Below are positions 37,730-46,459 of a DNA stretch of 64,000 nucleotides, piece by piece (the stretch's first letter is position 1; each line of letters begins with the position of its first letter). A model generated the notes under the pieces. That model did not search any database, was not told the DNA's origin, and saw only the letters and a program-made list of their open reading frames with translations. This DNA is from Polyangia bacterium. GTDB lineage: Bacteria; Myxococcota_A; Polyangia; Palsa-1104; JAEUJZ01. The translations under genes and the position numbers were made by a program. The stretch spans positions 14,725-78,724 of the forward strand of contig JBGAUT010000014.1 of the NCBI GenBank assembly GCA_044228505.1, in the 5' to 3' direction.

Positions 37730-38981
37730 TCGCCATCCCAGACTCCTGCGGAGTGTGATAGCCGGACTCCTACTGGGTAGCGCTTCAGCCCGAGCGGACT
37801 CTGTAGAGTTCAATGTATCGACGCTGCTGGCCGGACGTGCTGATCCGCGTGATGGCGAAATCCACACCGTGGTCCCGGTCTATCAATCGCTCGGTATTCT
37901 AGCAACCATCAAGCGCCCCTACTTCGACAGCATCAACATTGTGATGTCCGGTTGGGGCTCTGTTCAGCTCGACATTGGTCGCGATCAGTACTGGTCCGGA
38001 GACATCGATCTCGGTTACATCGATGGAAGCTTCGCCAAAAAGCGCCTGATGTTCCGAATCGGTAGACAGTTTGTGGTAGGAGGAGCAGCGCGCAGCACGC
38101 AGATCGATGGCGCGGTCAGTACGCTGCAGTTGTATAAGGGACTGGGCATCACGGCCTATGGCGGTGTGCCAGTAACCCCTCGCTTTTCGGCCAACCGTGG
38201 AGACCTGATCTTCGGTGGCCGCATGTTCTATCGTCACTCTGTCGACACCGAGATCGGGCTCTCTTTCAATCAGATCATGGGCGAAGGCCGAGCCGCCCGG
38301 CAGGACTTGGCTGTCGATGCACGCTATGTTCCGCATCAACAGGTGGCACTGACTGGATATACTTTGTACTCCATTCCGGAGGCGCGGCTCGCCGAGGCGG
38401 ACTTTGCGGTGACCTGGCTACCGAATCTGAAGTTTCAGCTTGGAGCCGATTACCGGCGGACAGCGCCCGATCTGTTTCTGCCTCTCAACTCGATCTTCTC
38501 TGTCTTTTCGCAAGAGAGCCGCGATGAGGTAGGGGGAAACGTCTTTATCAAGCCCATTCGCCGGCTGCGCATCTACGGTGATCTCCGTGCCGTCATCAAT
38601 ATGGAGGGTGCCGGTGCCCGAGGCGGAGTCAAGGTTACGGTAGCACTCGGTCAGCGCGAGCATAGCACCCTCAACGGAGAATTACGGGTGCTCAAGTTGC
38701 CAAACAACGGTTATGTGCAGGCGCGGCTGTACAGCACCCATCGCATCAACCCGGCGTGGTTTGTGACACTCGGTGCAAACAGCTACTTTTTGGATCAACC
38801 CATCAACGGACAGGGGTACTCCTTTACGGGAACCGGTACGGTGGCTGGCGATCTCGGTCGCGGCTTTCGGCTCGTTGCCACTGGATTTGCGGACGTCACT
38901 CCCTTTGTGGAGCGCCGGGTCGAGCTACTCGTGAAGCTCGCCTTCAACGCGACACAGTTCTTTCGCGAGGTACATGAATGA
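37707..38981 (+). CDS. outer-membrane beta-barrel (porin-like) protein
   Basis: Signal peptide and alternating amphipathic beta-strand patterns. The start overlaps the upstream cytochrome gene by 23 bp and the stop overlaps the next gene by 4 bp (ATGA). Confidence 0.5.
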   Translation: MESQMETNRHPRLLRSVIAGLLLGSASARADSVEFNVSTLLAGRADPRDGEIHTVVPVYQSLGILATIKRPYFDSINIVMSGWGSVQLDIGRDQYWSGDIDLGYIDGSFAKKRLMFRIGRQFVVGGAARSTQIDGAVSTLQLYKGLGITAYGGVPVTPRFSANRGDLIFGGRMFYRHSVDTEIGLSFNQIMGEGRAARQDLAVDARYVPHQQVALTGYTLYSIPEARLAEADFAVTWLPNLKFQLGADYRRTAPDLFLPLNSIFSVFSQESRDEVGGNVFIKPIRRLRIYGDLRAVINMEGAGARGGVKVTVALGQREHSTLNGELRVLKLPNNGYVQARLYSTHRINPAWFVTLGANSYFLDQPINGQGYSFTGTGTVAGDLGRGFRLVATGFADVTPFVERRVELLVKLAFNATQFFREVHE

Positions 38982-40039
38982 CCGCCACTGCCCTCCGCTG
39001 GCTCGTCCTTAGCAGCGTACTATTCACCGTCGCTTGCGCGACCTTCTGGGCCAAGATCGGCGGGGGCGACTCGATCAAGGCTCCACACAGCGTGCATGCC
39101 CGCGCAAAGATCGACTGCCTAGTGTGTCACGAGTCCATCTATGACGCGACGAATCTCAAAGGAGACTTCCTTCCCAAGGAACAGAAGTGTCTGGAGTGCC
39201 ATGAGGACAACAAAAAGAGAGGCGAGTGCGGTTACTGTCACACCGACGTAACTAGGCCCACTTCCTATCGTCGTGAACCCTCGACTCTCAAGCTGTCTCA
39301 CGCCAAGCACATTGAGCTGACCAAAGAGGACTGCTCGCGCTGCCACAAGACGCTTTCCGATCGCAACCAGCCGGCAGTCTCGCCGACCATGGACTCCTGT
39401 CTGGACTGCCATCCCCATCGACAGCAGTACGATCAGGGGTCGTGCGCCACCTGTCACAAAGATTTGAAGCGCTATCCCCAGAAACCGATCACGATGTTTT
39501 CGCATCAAGGCAACTTCGTGACCGGACATGCTCGGCCTGCACGATCTTCGCCAGAAAGTTGTGCGACCTGCCACGAACAGACCTTCTGTGCAGACTGTCA
39601 CAGTAGGACCGTCCTCGGACCGATTGAGCTGAAATTCCCCGAACGAGTGGACAGTGATCTGATTCATCGGGGCGACTTTTTGGGACGACACAGCATTGAA
39701 TCACGCGCCGATCCGGCCTCTTGTCTGCGCTGCCACGGAACCAGCTTCTGTGAAAACTGCCACAAGCAACAGGGAGTCAGCGGTCGCAGTGACAACCCCC
39801 GCAACCCACATGCGCCGGGATTCACGATTCCGAACTCGCCACAGTTTCACGGGCTTGCGGCACGACGAAATATCTCAAGCTGTGCAAGTTGTCACGATCA
39901 GGGGCCGCGCTCGAACTGTGTCAACTGTCACAAGGTCGGCGGACTCGGTGGAAATCCGCACCCACCTGAATGGACCGAGCGCCACGACCGTCAAGAGATC
40001 CTGAGAAACGGCATGTGTCGGTACTGCCACACTCCGTGA
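38978..40039 (+). CDS. periplasmic or membrane-anchored multihaem c-type cytochrome with 13 CxxCH motifs in 353 aa
   Basis: Thirteen CxxCH motifs and an N-terminal hydrophobic segment with FTVAC. Confidence 0.8.
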   Translation: MTATALRWLVLSSVLFTVACATFWAKIGGGDSIKAPHSVHARAKIDCLVCHESIYDATNLKGDFLPKEQKCLECHEDNKKRGECGYCHTDVTRPTSYRREPSTLKLSHAKHIELTKEDCSRCHKTLSDRNQPAVSPTMDSCLDCHPHRQQYDQGSCATCHKDLKRYPQKPITMFSHQGNFVTGHARPARSSPESCATCHEQTFCADCHSRTVLGPIELKFPERVDSDLIHRGDFLGRHSIESRADPASCLRCHGTSFCENCHKQQGVSGRSDNPRNPHAPGFTIPNSPQFHGLAARRNISSCASCHDQGPRSNCVNCHKVGGLGGNPHPPEWTERHDRQEILRNGMCRYCHTP

Positions 40040-40109
40040 CTCGGCACAGAGAGCGAACCACTCATACTGGAATCCACGTTCGATGAACGATCCCCAAGGA
40101 GACCCATCC

Positions 40110-40466
40110 ATGCGCACAGGAATCATCGCTGCTACTTTGCTTGTTCTCGCTGCTTCTGCTTCGGCACAAGATAGCGATCCCCGCATCAAGCGTGCCTGGA
40201 AAGCCAAGTGTGCCTCTTGCCATGGTGAAGATGGAAAAGGCGATACCGAACAAGCCCGCAAGAAGTTCGGTGGACCACTACGCGACCTCACCGATGCCAA
40301 AGTGCAGGAGCGCTTCAAGGACGCAGAGCTCAAGGAACTGATCAACAAAGGGAAGACCGAGACCAAGGACGGCAAAGAAGTGAAGATGCCTGGCACCCCG
40401 GAGATCAGCGGTGACCAGCTCGATGGTTTGGTGACGTTTGTCCGCAAGCTGGTCGTGAAAAAGTAG
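40110..40466 (+). CDS. monohaem class I cytochrome c
   Basis: Signal peptide, one CASCHGEDGKG haem motif, and a distal KMPG Met ligand. AAGGAG RBS before the ATG at 40110. Confidence 0.7.
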   Translation: MRTGIIAATLLVLAASASAQDSDPRIKRAWKAKCASCHGEDGKGDTEQARKKFGGPLRDLTDAKVQERFKDAELKELINKGKTETKDGKEVKMPGTPEISGDQLDGLVTFVRKLVVKK

Positions 40467-40477
40467 GCGGAGGACCC

Positions 40478-41080
40478 ATGCTAGCGTTCCTGTTCGGTCT
40501 GTCGATCCTGCTTACGGCAGTGTTGGTGATTCGGCCCTCGCAGACCAGCAAAGCGCTGGCTTTCACCAGCCTGTTCGTGCTGCCGCTCACGGTCAGCTAC
40601 ATGGGAGTTGAGACGCACATCGAGAATTCCAAACAGACCACCTTCTGTACCTCCTGCCATGTAATGGGGAAGCACGGACGCAGCTTGCTCGTGGATGACA
40701 CCACGATTTTGGCGGCCTCTCACTATCAAGGAGGACGGATTCCTCGTGATCGCGCCTGCTTCACTTGCCACACCACCTACACGATGTATGGCGATATGCA
40801 GGCCAAGCTAAGAGGGGTCAAGCACGTGCTCGTCAACTACTTTGGCAAGGTACCTGACAAGCTAAAGCTCTACGAGCCGTACCACAATCGAGAGTGTCTG
40901 CACTGTCACCAAGGAGCGCGTCGCTATCTAAAAGGAGAGACTCACACCGCTGAGCCTGACCGCATGGAAAAGATGCGCCTGAATCAGCTCTCCTGTGTTA
41001 GCAAGGACTGTCACGACACCGTGCATCTGGCAAACGAGGTGGATAGCTTGCCGCTGTGGAAGCCGGAGGGAGTCAAGTGA
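40478..41080 (+). CDS. membrane-anchored tetrahaem cytochrome, NapC/NirT/NrfH-like quinol dehydrogenase
   Basis: N-terminal TM helices. Haem motifs CTSCH, CFTCH, CLHCH and a CVSKDCH variant. GGAGGA RBS. Confidence 0.6.
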   Translation: MLAFLFGLSILLTAVLVIRPSQTSKALAFTSLFVLPLTVSYMGVETHIENSKQTTFCTSCHVMGKHGRSLLVDDTTILAASHYQGGRIPRDRACFTCHTTYTMYGDMQAKLRGVKHVLVNYFGKVPDKLKLYEPYHNRECLHCHQGARRYLKGETHTAEPDRMEKMRLNQLSCVSKDCHDTVHLANEVDSLPLWKPEGVK

Positions 41081-41334
41081 ACGCAGAGCACAAGCGAATC
41101 CGGATCGCGGCGGCGCTGATTCTCGGCGGACTGCTCGTGGAAAGACTGACCCTTGGCTGGGCTCATCCCACCGCGTTTTTTGTCTACGCCGGAGTGGGTG
41201 GTCTGCTACTCCTGCTCGGAGTTATGCTGTTTCTGTCGACCTTGCTGGGTGGGGCAACCTCACACCCTGCGTCACCGGACCCAGCAGCCACTACCCAGCG
41301 GGCCAACAGCGCCGATGAGAAGCCGGCCTCATAG
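41056..41334 (+). CDS. small two-TM membrane protein (uncertain)
   Basis: Overlaps the end of the NapC-like gene. Two hydrophobic helices. The start is unclear. Confidence 0.3.
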   Translation: MEAGGSQVNAEHKRIRIAAALILGGLLVERLTLGWAHPTAFFVYAGVGGLLLLLGVMLFLSTLLGGATSHPASPDPAATTQRANSADEKPAS

Positions 41335-41383
41335 CAAGCTCGAACGGTTGCCACGACGCCCCGCCAAGCAGCTATCATAGACC

Positions 41384-42685
41384 ATGGACCTAAGTCGCCA
41401 GCGTGCTCTGGAGGACCAGCTCGCTTTGGAGTTTGTCGAAGCAGAGAGGCTCCGGGCCACGCTCATGGCGGTGGGTTTCACGATCGGTTTCATCATCACA
41501 CGGATCGTCTTTGGCTGGATCAGTGACCTGCCTCTTCAGGGACCGAGCAGCTCTTTTCTTCGCATCAGCCCGGTGATCAGCCTCAGCACTGCCGTGGCCG
41601 CCTGCTACTGCTGGTTTTCACGACTGTATGTCTCGCGGCACATCGCGGCCAAGCAACAGCTCCCTCGATTCTTTCTACTCATCAACTCTGCGATCGAGGT
41701 AAGCGGGATTTCGTTGGTACTACTGCTGCTCGCTCGCACGGCAGGAGCGGCGTTTGCACTGAGTGCGCCACCGGTCTTGCTGTACGTGGCCGTGATCATG
41801 CTCTCGATCCTACGGCTTGATGCGCGGATCTCACTTTTCGTAGCGATCACGGCTACAGTCCAGTACATCGCGCTGGCCAAGCTACTGCTTCCGCACGACG
41901 CGCACGGGATATCTGGGACTCTGTTCGAGTCGCCGATACCGATCTATCTACGTGGCGGCATCATTACCATCTGTGGTGCCGCAGCCGGAACCATCAGTCG
42001 CGACCTACGCCGTCGGCTCGTCCGAGCGGCCGAGAGCGTCGTGGAGAGAGATCGAACCCTGGCAATGTTTGGTCAACATGTCTCTCCCAAAGTTGCCGAA
42101 CGGCTGCTGCGCGAACAAGCGGGCCAAGTGACCGAGACTCGCCATGTCTGTGTCCTGTTTTTGGATATTCGCGACTTCACCCGCTTTGCCGAATCTCGTT
42201 CTCCGGCCGAAGTGGTGGACTTTTTAAACACTCTGTTTGGACCGCTGGTCGAGGTGGTCGATCGCCATGGCGGAATCATCAATAAGTTCCTTGGGGATGG
42301 CTTCTTGGCAATTTTCGGTGCGCCATTTTCAGACGGAAAGCACTGCGAAGCCGCGGTCCGGGCCGCGCTGGAATTGGTGCAAGAGGTCGGCTCACTCTGT
42401 GCGTCACAGAAGATTCCTCCCACGCGGATTGGTATCGGTCTGCATGCCGGAGAGGTCGTCACGGGCAGCGTTGGATCCCATCTGCGCCGCGAGTACACCG
42501 TCATTGGAGATGCTGTGAATCTAGCCTCGCGCATTGAGCAACTCACCAAATCCCACGGTGCCCAAGTGCTCGCCAGCGATGCCGTCATGACGCAGCTTCC
42601 CAAAGGAGAAGTAGCCGCAGAGAAGCTCCAGCCAGTTCAAGTCAAGGGACGAGAAGCCCCAGTTCAGTTCTACAAGCTCGCATAA
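41384..42685 (+). CDS. membrane-bound class III adenylate/guanylate cyclase
   Basis: Multi-TM N-terminus. Catalytic-domain motifs VLFLDIRDFTRF, KFLGDGFLAIFGAP and IGIGLHAGEVVTGSVG. Confidence 0.8.
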   Translation: MDLSRQRALEDQLALEFVEAERLRATLMAVGFTIGFIITRIVFGWISDLPLQGPSSSFLRISPVISLSTAVAACYCWFSRLYVSRHIAAKQQLPRFFLLINSAIEVSGISLVLLLLARTAGAAFALSAPPVLLYVAVIMLSILRLDARISLFVAITATVQYIALAKLLLPHDAHGISGTLFESPIPIYLRGGIITICGAAAGTISRDLRRRLVRAAESVVERDRTLAMFGQHVSPKVAERLLREQAGQVTETRHVCVLFLDIRDFTRFAESRSPAEVVDFLNTLFGPLVEVVDRHGGIINKFLGDGFLAIFGAPFSDGKHCEAAVRAALELVQEVGSLCASQKIPPTRIGIGLHAGEVVTGSVGSHLRREYTVIGDAVNLASRIEQLTKSHGAQVLASDAVMTQLPKGEVAAEKLQPVQVKGREAPVQFYKLA

Positions 42686-42721
42686 CTCCCCACTCAACAC
42701 AAACTGAGCGATAGTACGGGC

Positions 42722-44922
42722 ATGGCTGCGAACCAACCGTCCGGACCTGTCGAATTCTGCCGCTCCTTTCCGTCTGTCTTGACCGCCCTGCAGTCTGTGG
42801 TGCTGCTTGTTGCGATGCCATTTGGCTGCACGAAGCTCGCTGTGACGGATCGCCCCGCGCTCAGCAGTGAAGACGAGTCAGTCCGTACCGAACCATACCG
42901 GTGGCGCAACGTCGCGATCGGCGGCGGTGGCTATGTCACCGGCCTTGTCGTCCATCCCAAAGTCCCCGATCAGATCTATCTGCGAACCGACGTCGGCGGC
43001 ATCTACAAGTGGGATCGCCTCGCAAATGCCTGGTCTGCCATCACGGACTCCTTTGCTCGGGAAGACTGGCATCTGTACGGCGTAGAGAGTCTGGCGCTGC
43101 ATCCAGACGACCCCCAGACTCTCTACGCAGCGCTCGGGAAGTACCTTCCCAGACAGTGGTTGCGAAAGCCCTCTGCGTCGCAATGGGTGGCAACGAAGAC
43201 TTTCGTTGGGCGGGCGAGCGTCTTGCCATCGATCCCAACCATCCCCAGACTCTACTATTCGGCTCGCGTAGTGAGGGTCTTTGGCGCAGCTCCGATGGCG
43301 GAGAACACTTTCAGAGGGTCGATTCCTTTCCCACGCTCGGTACTCCAGAGATTGGTTTGACTTTCGTTCTGTTCGACGAGAGAAGCGGGATGACGGAGCG
43401 GGAGAGCCAGGTCATTTTCGTAGGCGTGCAAGGCGAAGGAGTGTTCCGCAGCCGCGATGCCGGTCGGGTCTGGGAGCGACTTCACAATGGTCCATTCCCA
43501 AAGAATCCACAGCGTGCAGTCCTCGCCAGCGATGGCACTCTGTACGTCTCCGGATTCGGCGACAAAAAGACCCCCGGAGGCGTCTTCAAGTTTGGCCAAG
43601 AGCGCTGGCAGAACATCACCCCCAAAGCCGCCGGAAGACCCTGGGACTACTGCGGTATCACAGTCGCTCCGAACGATCCGCAGACCGTACTGGCCGCTCC
43701 CGCCAGCGACAACTTTCCTACGCCGATCTTCCGCAGCCAGGATGCTGGCAAGTCCTGGCATCCGCTCACGATTCAGCGCTTCGCCGAGGTACCCTGGTGG
43801 CCGCAGCGCTTCTTTACCGGACATACCTCTGCGCTGGTCATCGACCCCCATCATCCCAAGCGAGTCTTCCTGACCGACTACTATGGAGTCTGGCAAACCG
43901 ACAACCTAGACCAGAATCCCTCACAGTGGACCACACGACAAAAGGGCCATGAGGAAATCGAGCCGTTTGTACTACGCAGCCCACCGCAGGGGGCACCACT
44001 CCTGAGTGGTGTCGCGGATGTAGATGGATTTCGGCACTCCGACCTTGATTCCTATCCAGAGCAGAGAATGCTCGGAAAGGATGGACAGGATGGCGATGTA
44101 ACCGGCCTCGATTTCTGCGAGTCCAACCCGAACGTGGTCCTCCGTGTTGGAAATGAGCGTGGTGGCCCGTTTCGCGGCGCACACTCCGCGGACAACGGTG
44201 CCAGCTTCACGCGGTTTGCCAAGCTACCTTTTGCGACGGCCCACAGTGGTCGAATCGCGATCTCTGCAACCGATTGCCAGCGTGCAATCTGGGCACCGGA
44301 GAACGCCACTGCATATCTCACGGTCGATGGCGGACAGACTTGGCAGCAGAGTCAAGGAGCCCCAAACAGCATCATCTCTGATCGCTGGAACTACACCCAA
44401 CCGCTGGCCTCGGACCGGGTCAGCTCTGCCCTCTTCTATCTGTTTTTGCGCGGCGCGTTCTTCGGCAGCAGTGATGGAGGAAAGAGCTTTTCCCAGACCG
44501 CCAGCTTACCGGCCCCTCCTTTCGACTCCCGCAGCGGATTACCTGGGCCATCGATCAAGACAACCCCTGGCGTACGGGGTCAAGTGTTTGTCTGCTTGCA
44601 GGACAGTGGACTGTTTCGATCCGATGATGCTGGACACTCCTTTTTCAACGTGCCTGGGGTCGATACATGTCAAGTCTTTGCCCTTGGTAGACCCATGCCA
44701 GCAAGCTCTGTCCCCACTTTGTTTGTGTACGGAACGGTGAACGGAATTGCCGGCATCTTCCGCAGCAGTGATCTGGGCCGCAGCTATCTGCGCATCGATT
44801 CCAAGTCTCAACCGATCGGAGACCAAGCGATGGTGATGGAGGCCGACCCCCGAGTCTTTGGTCGCGTCTACATCGGAACCAATGGTCGCGGGACGTTTTA
44901 TGGAGAGCCGATCTCACCCTAA
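42722..44922 (+). pseudogene. BNR/Asp-box repeat protein (GH74-like), apparently frameshifted near 43150
   Basis: Signal peptide and the first repeats lie in the 42722 frame. More than 8 Asp-box repeats (SxDxGxSW/F) continue in the overlapping 42901 frame. A -1 shift between LYAALGK and AMGGNEDF is needed to join them. Confidence 0.5.
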
Positions 44923-44954
44923 GCAACATTTCGAGCCCTTCGGCGGCAGCGACT

Positions 44955-46442
44955 GTGATATCTTCGGAAGCTGCCGTGCCATCGAATGTGAGCCTATCTG
45001 CGGGTTCTGCCCCGCACTCAAGTCTCCGCGATTCTGCGCTGCTCGCGGCAGCGGGTGCCGGACTCCTCGTCAGTCAGTACATCGCGTCGCGTGAGATCGG
45101 CTCGACCTTTTTCGTGACCGAGCTATCAGTCGTTGCCGCCACTGTCATCACCCTGATCGGGCCGAGCCTAAGCTACGCAATTGGCGACCGGCTACGCGGT
45201 TCCGCACGCTGGTTCCGCTTGTGGGCGATCCTCGCACTCCTATTCCATCTGGCACTGCCTTGGGGAGTTCGAGCGATCGTTGCGGCCTGTGGTCCCGCTC
45301 ATTCCACGGCAGCAGCGATCCTTACCGGATTGGGAGTGGCCCTGCTTTGCGGATATTATGCTGTTCTACTACCACTTCATGCCAACGCCACGTCGCTACC
45401 ACGCTTGTATGCCGCTGAGCTAGTAGGAGCACTACTCACCTTGCTGCTGCTAACCGCTGCGCCGTCATATCACATCATCATCCTGGGATTTTTGCTTCTT
45501 CCCGTGATCATTTTTGGACTCGTTTTTGGACGATGGGTTGCGCTGGGTGTTTGGGTTGTCTCGGGCTCTGTTTGGATCACCGCGAGTCATCTGGATCGCT
45601 GGGTCAGCACCAGCTACTTCCAGCGCTACCACAGCCTGGGAGCCCCCAAAGTGGTCGAGAGCGTCTACTCTGCCTATCAGCGAATCGATGTGGTGGAGGA
45701 CTCCGAGGACACCGCGCTGTTTTTGGATGGAGTTCCGTTCTATCGCTCTGGCGATCTGGACGCCTTCAACGTGTTTTTGGCCGAACTACCTGGCTCACTT
45801 CTACCGAGGCGTGGCCGAGCTCTGGTGGTCGGGAGTGGCAGTTTCTCGTCAGCCGCACGCCTTCATCGTCTAGGCTACAGCGTGCAAGTCATCGAGTTAG
45901 ATGGACTCGTGGCCGAGGTCGGATTCCGGCGGTTTCAGAGCGTTCACAAACTCACCGCTGGTCAAGTGTCCGTGCGAATCGACGATGCGCGGCGCGTGCT
46001 GGCCACGATGGATGAACGCTTCGATCTGATTGTGCTCGATGTCCCTGCTCCCTATCGTATTCAGACCGCACTGCTACACGCACCCGCTTTTTATCGACAG
46101 GTTGCCGCTCATCTTGCGCCACACGGTGTCGCCGCCATCAGCCTGTGCGATGGTCTGACAGAGCCTCTTGGAAAGCGCATCGCCGCTTCCGCCGTGCAGG
46201 CCTTTGGCGAGGTCATGGTCGTAGAGAGCAACTCCGTTGGCTTGGCTGTCTTGTATGGCGCAACCGCTCTCCCTTTTTCCCTAGATGAAGTTGTGAAGGC
46301 CCTGACGGCCCGTGACCCGCAAGGTGGACAGGTTGTTCCCGACAGGCTGGTCCGGTCCACCGCGCTCGATGCCTCCCCACTATCGGAACGAGATCTGCTT
46401 GGAGTCCTGCTTCTATCCAGGCAGGCGGTCAACTCGCAGTAG
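44955..46442 (+). CDS. membrane-bound spermidine synthase-like aminopropyltransferase
   Basis: Multi-TM N-terminus. SpeE-like C-terminus with YQRIDVVED, LFLDGV, ALVVGSGSFS and DLIVLD. Confidence 0.6.
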   Translation: MISSEAAVPSNVSLSAGSAPHSSLRDSALLAAAGAGLLVSQYIASREIGSTFFVTELSVVAATVITLIGPSLSYAIGDRLRGSARWFRLWAILALLFHLALPWGVRAIVAACGPAHSTAAAILTGLGVALLCGYYAVLLPLHANATSLPRLYAAELVGALLTLLLLTAAPSYHIIILGFLLLPVIIFGLVFGRWVALGVWVVSGSVWITASHLDRWVSTSYFQRYHSLGAPKVVESVYSAYQRIDVVEDSEDTALFLDGVPFYRSGDLDAFNVFLAELPGSLLPRRGRALVVGSGSFSSAARLHRLGYSVQVIELDGLVAEVGFRRFQSVHKLTAGQVSVRIDDARRVLATMDERFDLIVLDVPAPYRIQTALLHAPAFYRQVAAHLAPHGVAAISLCDGLTEPLGKRIAASAVQAFGEVMVVESNSVGLAVLYGATALPFSLDEVVKALTARDPQGGQVVPDRLVRSTALDASPLSERDLLGVLLLSRQAVNSQ

Positions 46443-46459
46443 CTACAACGTGAACCCGG

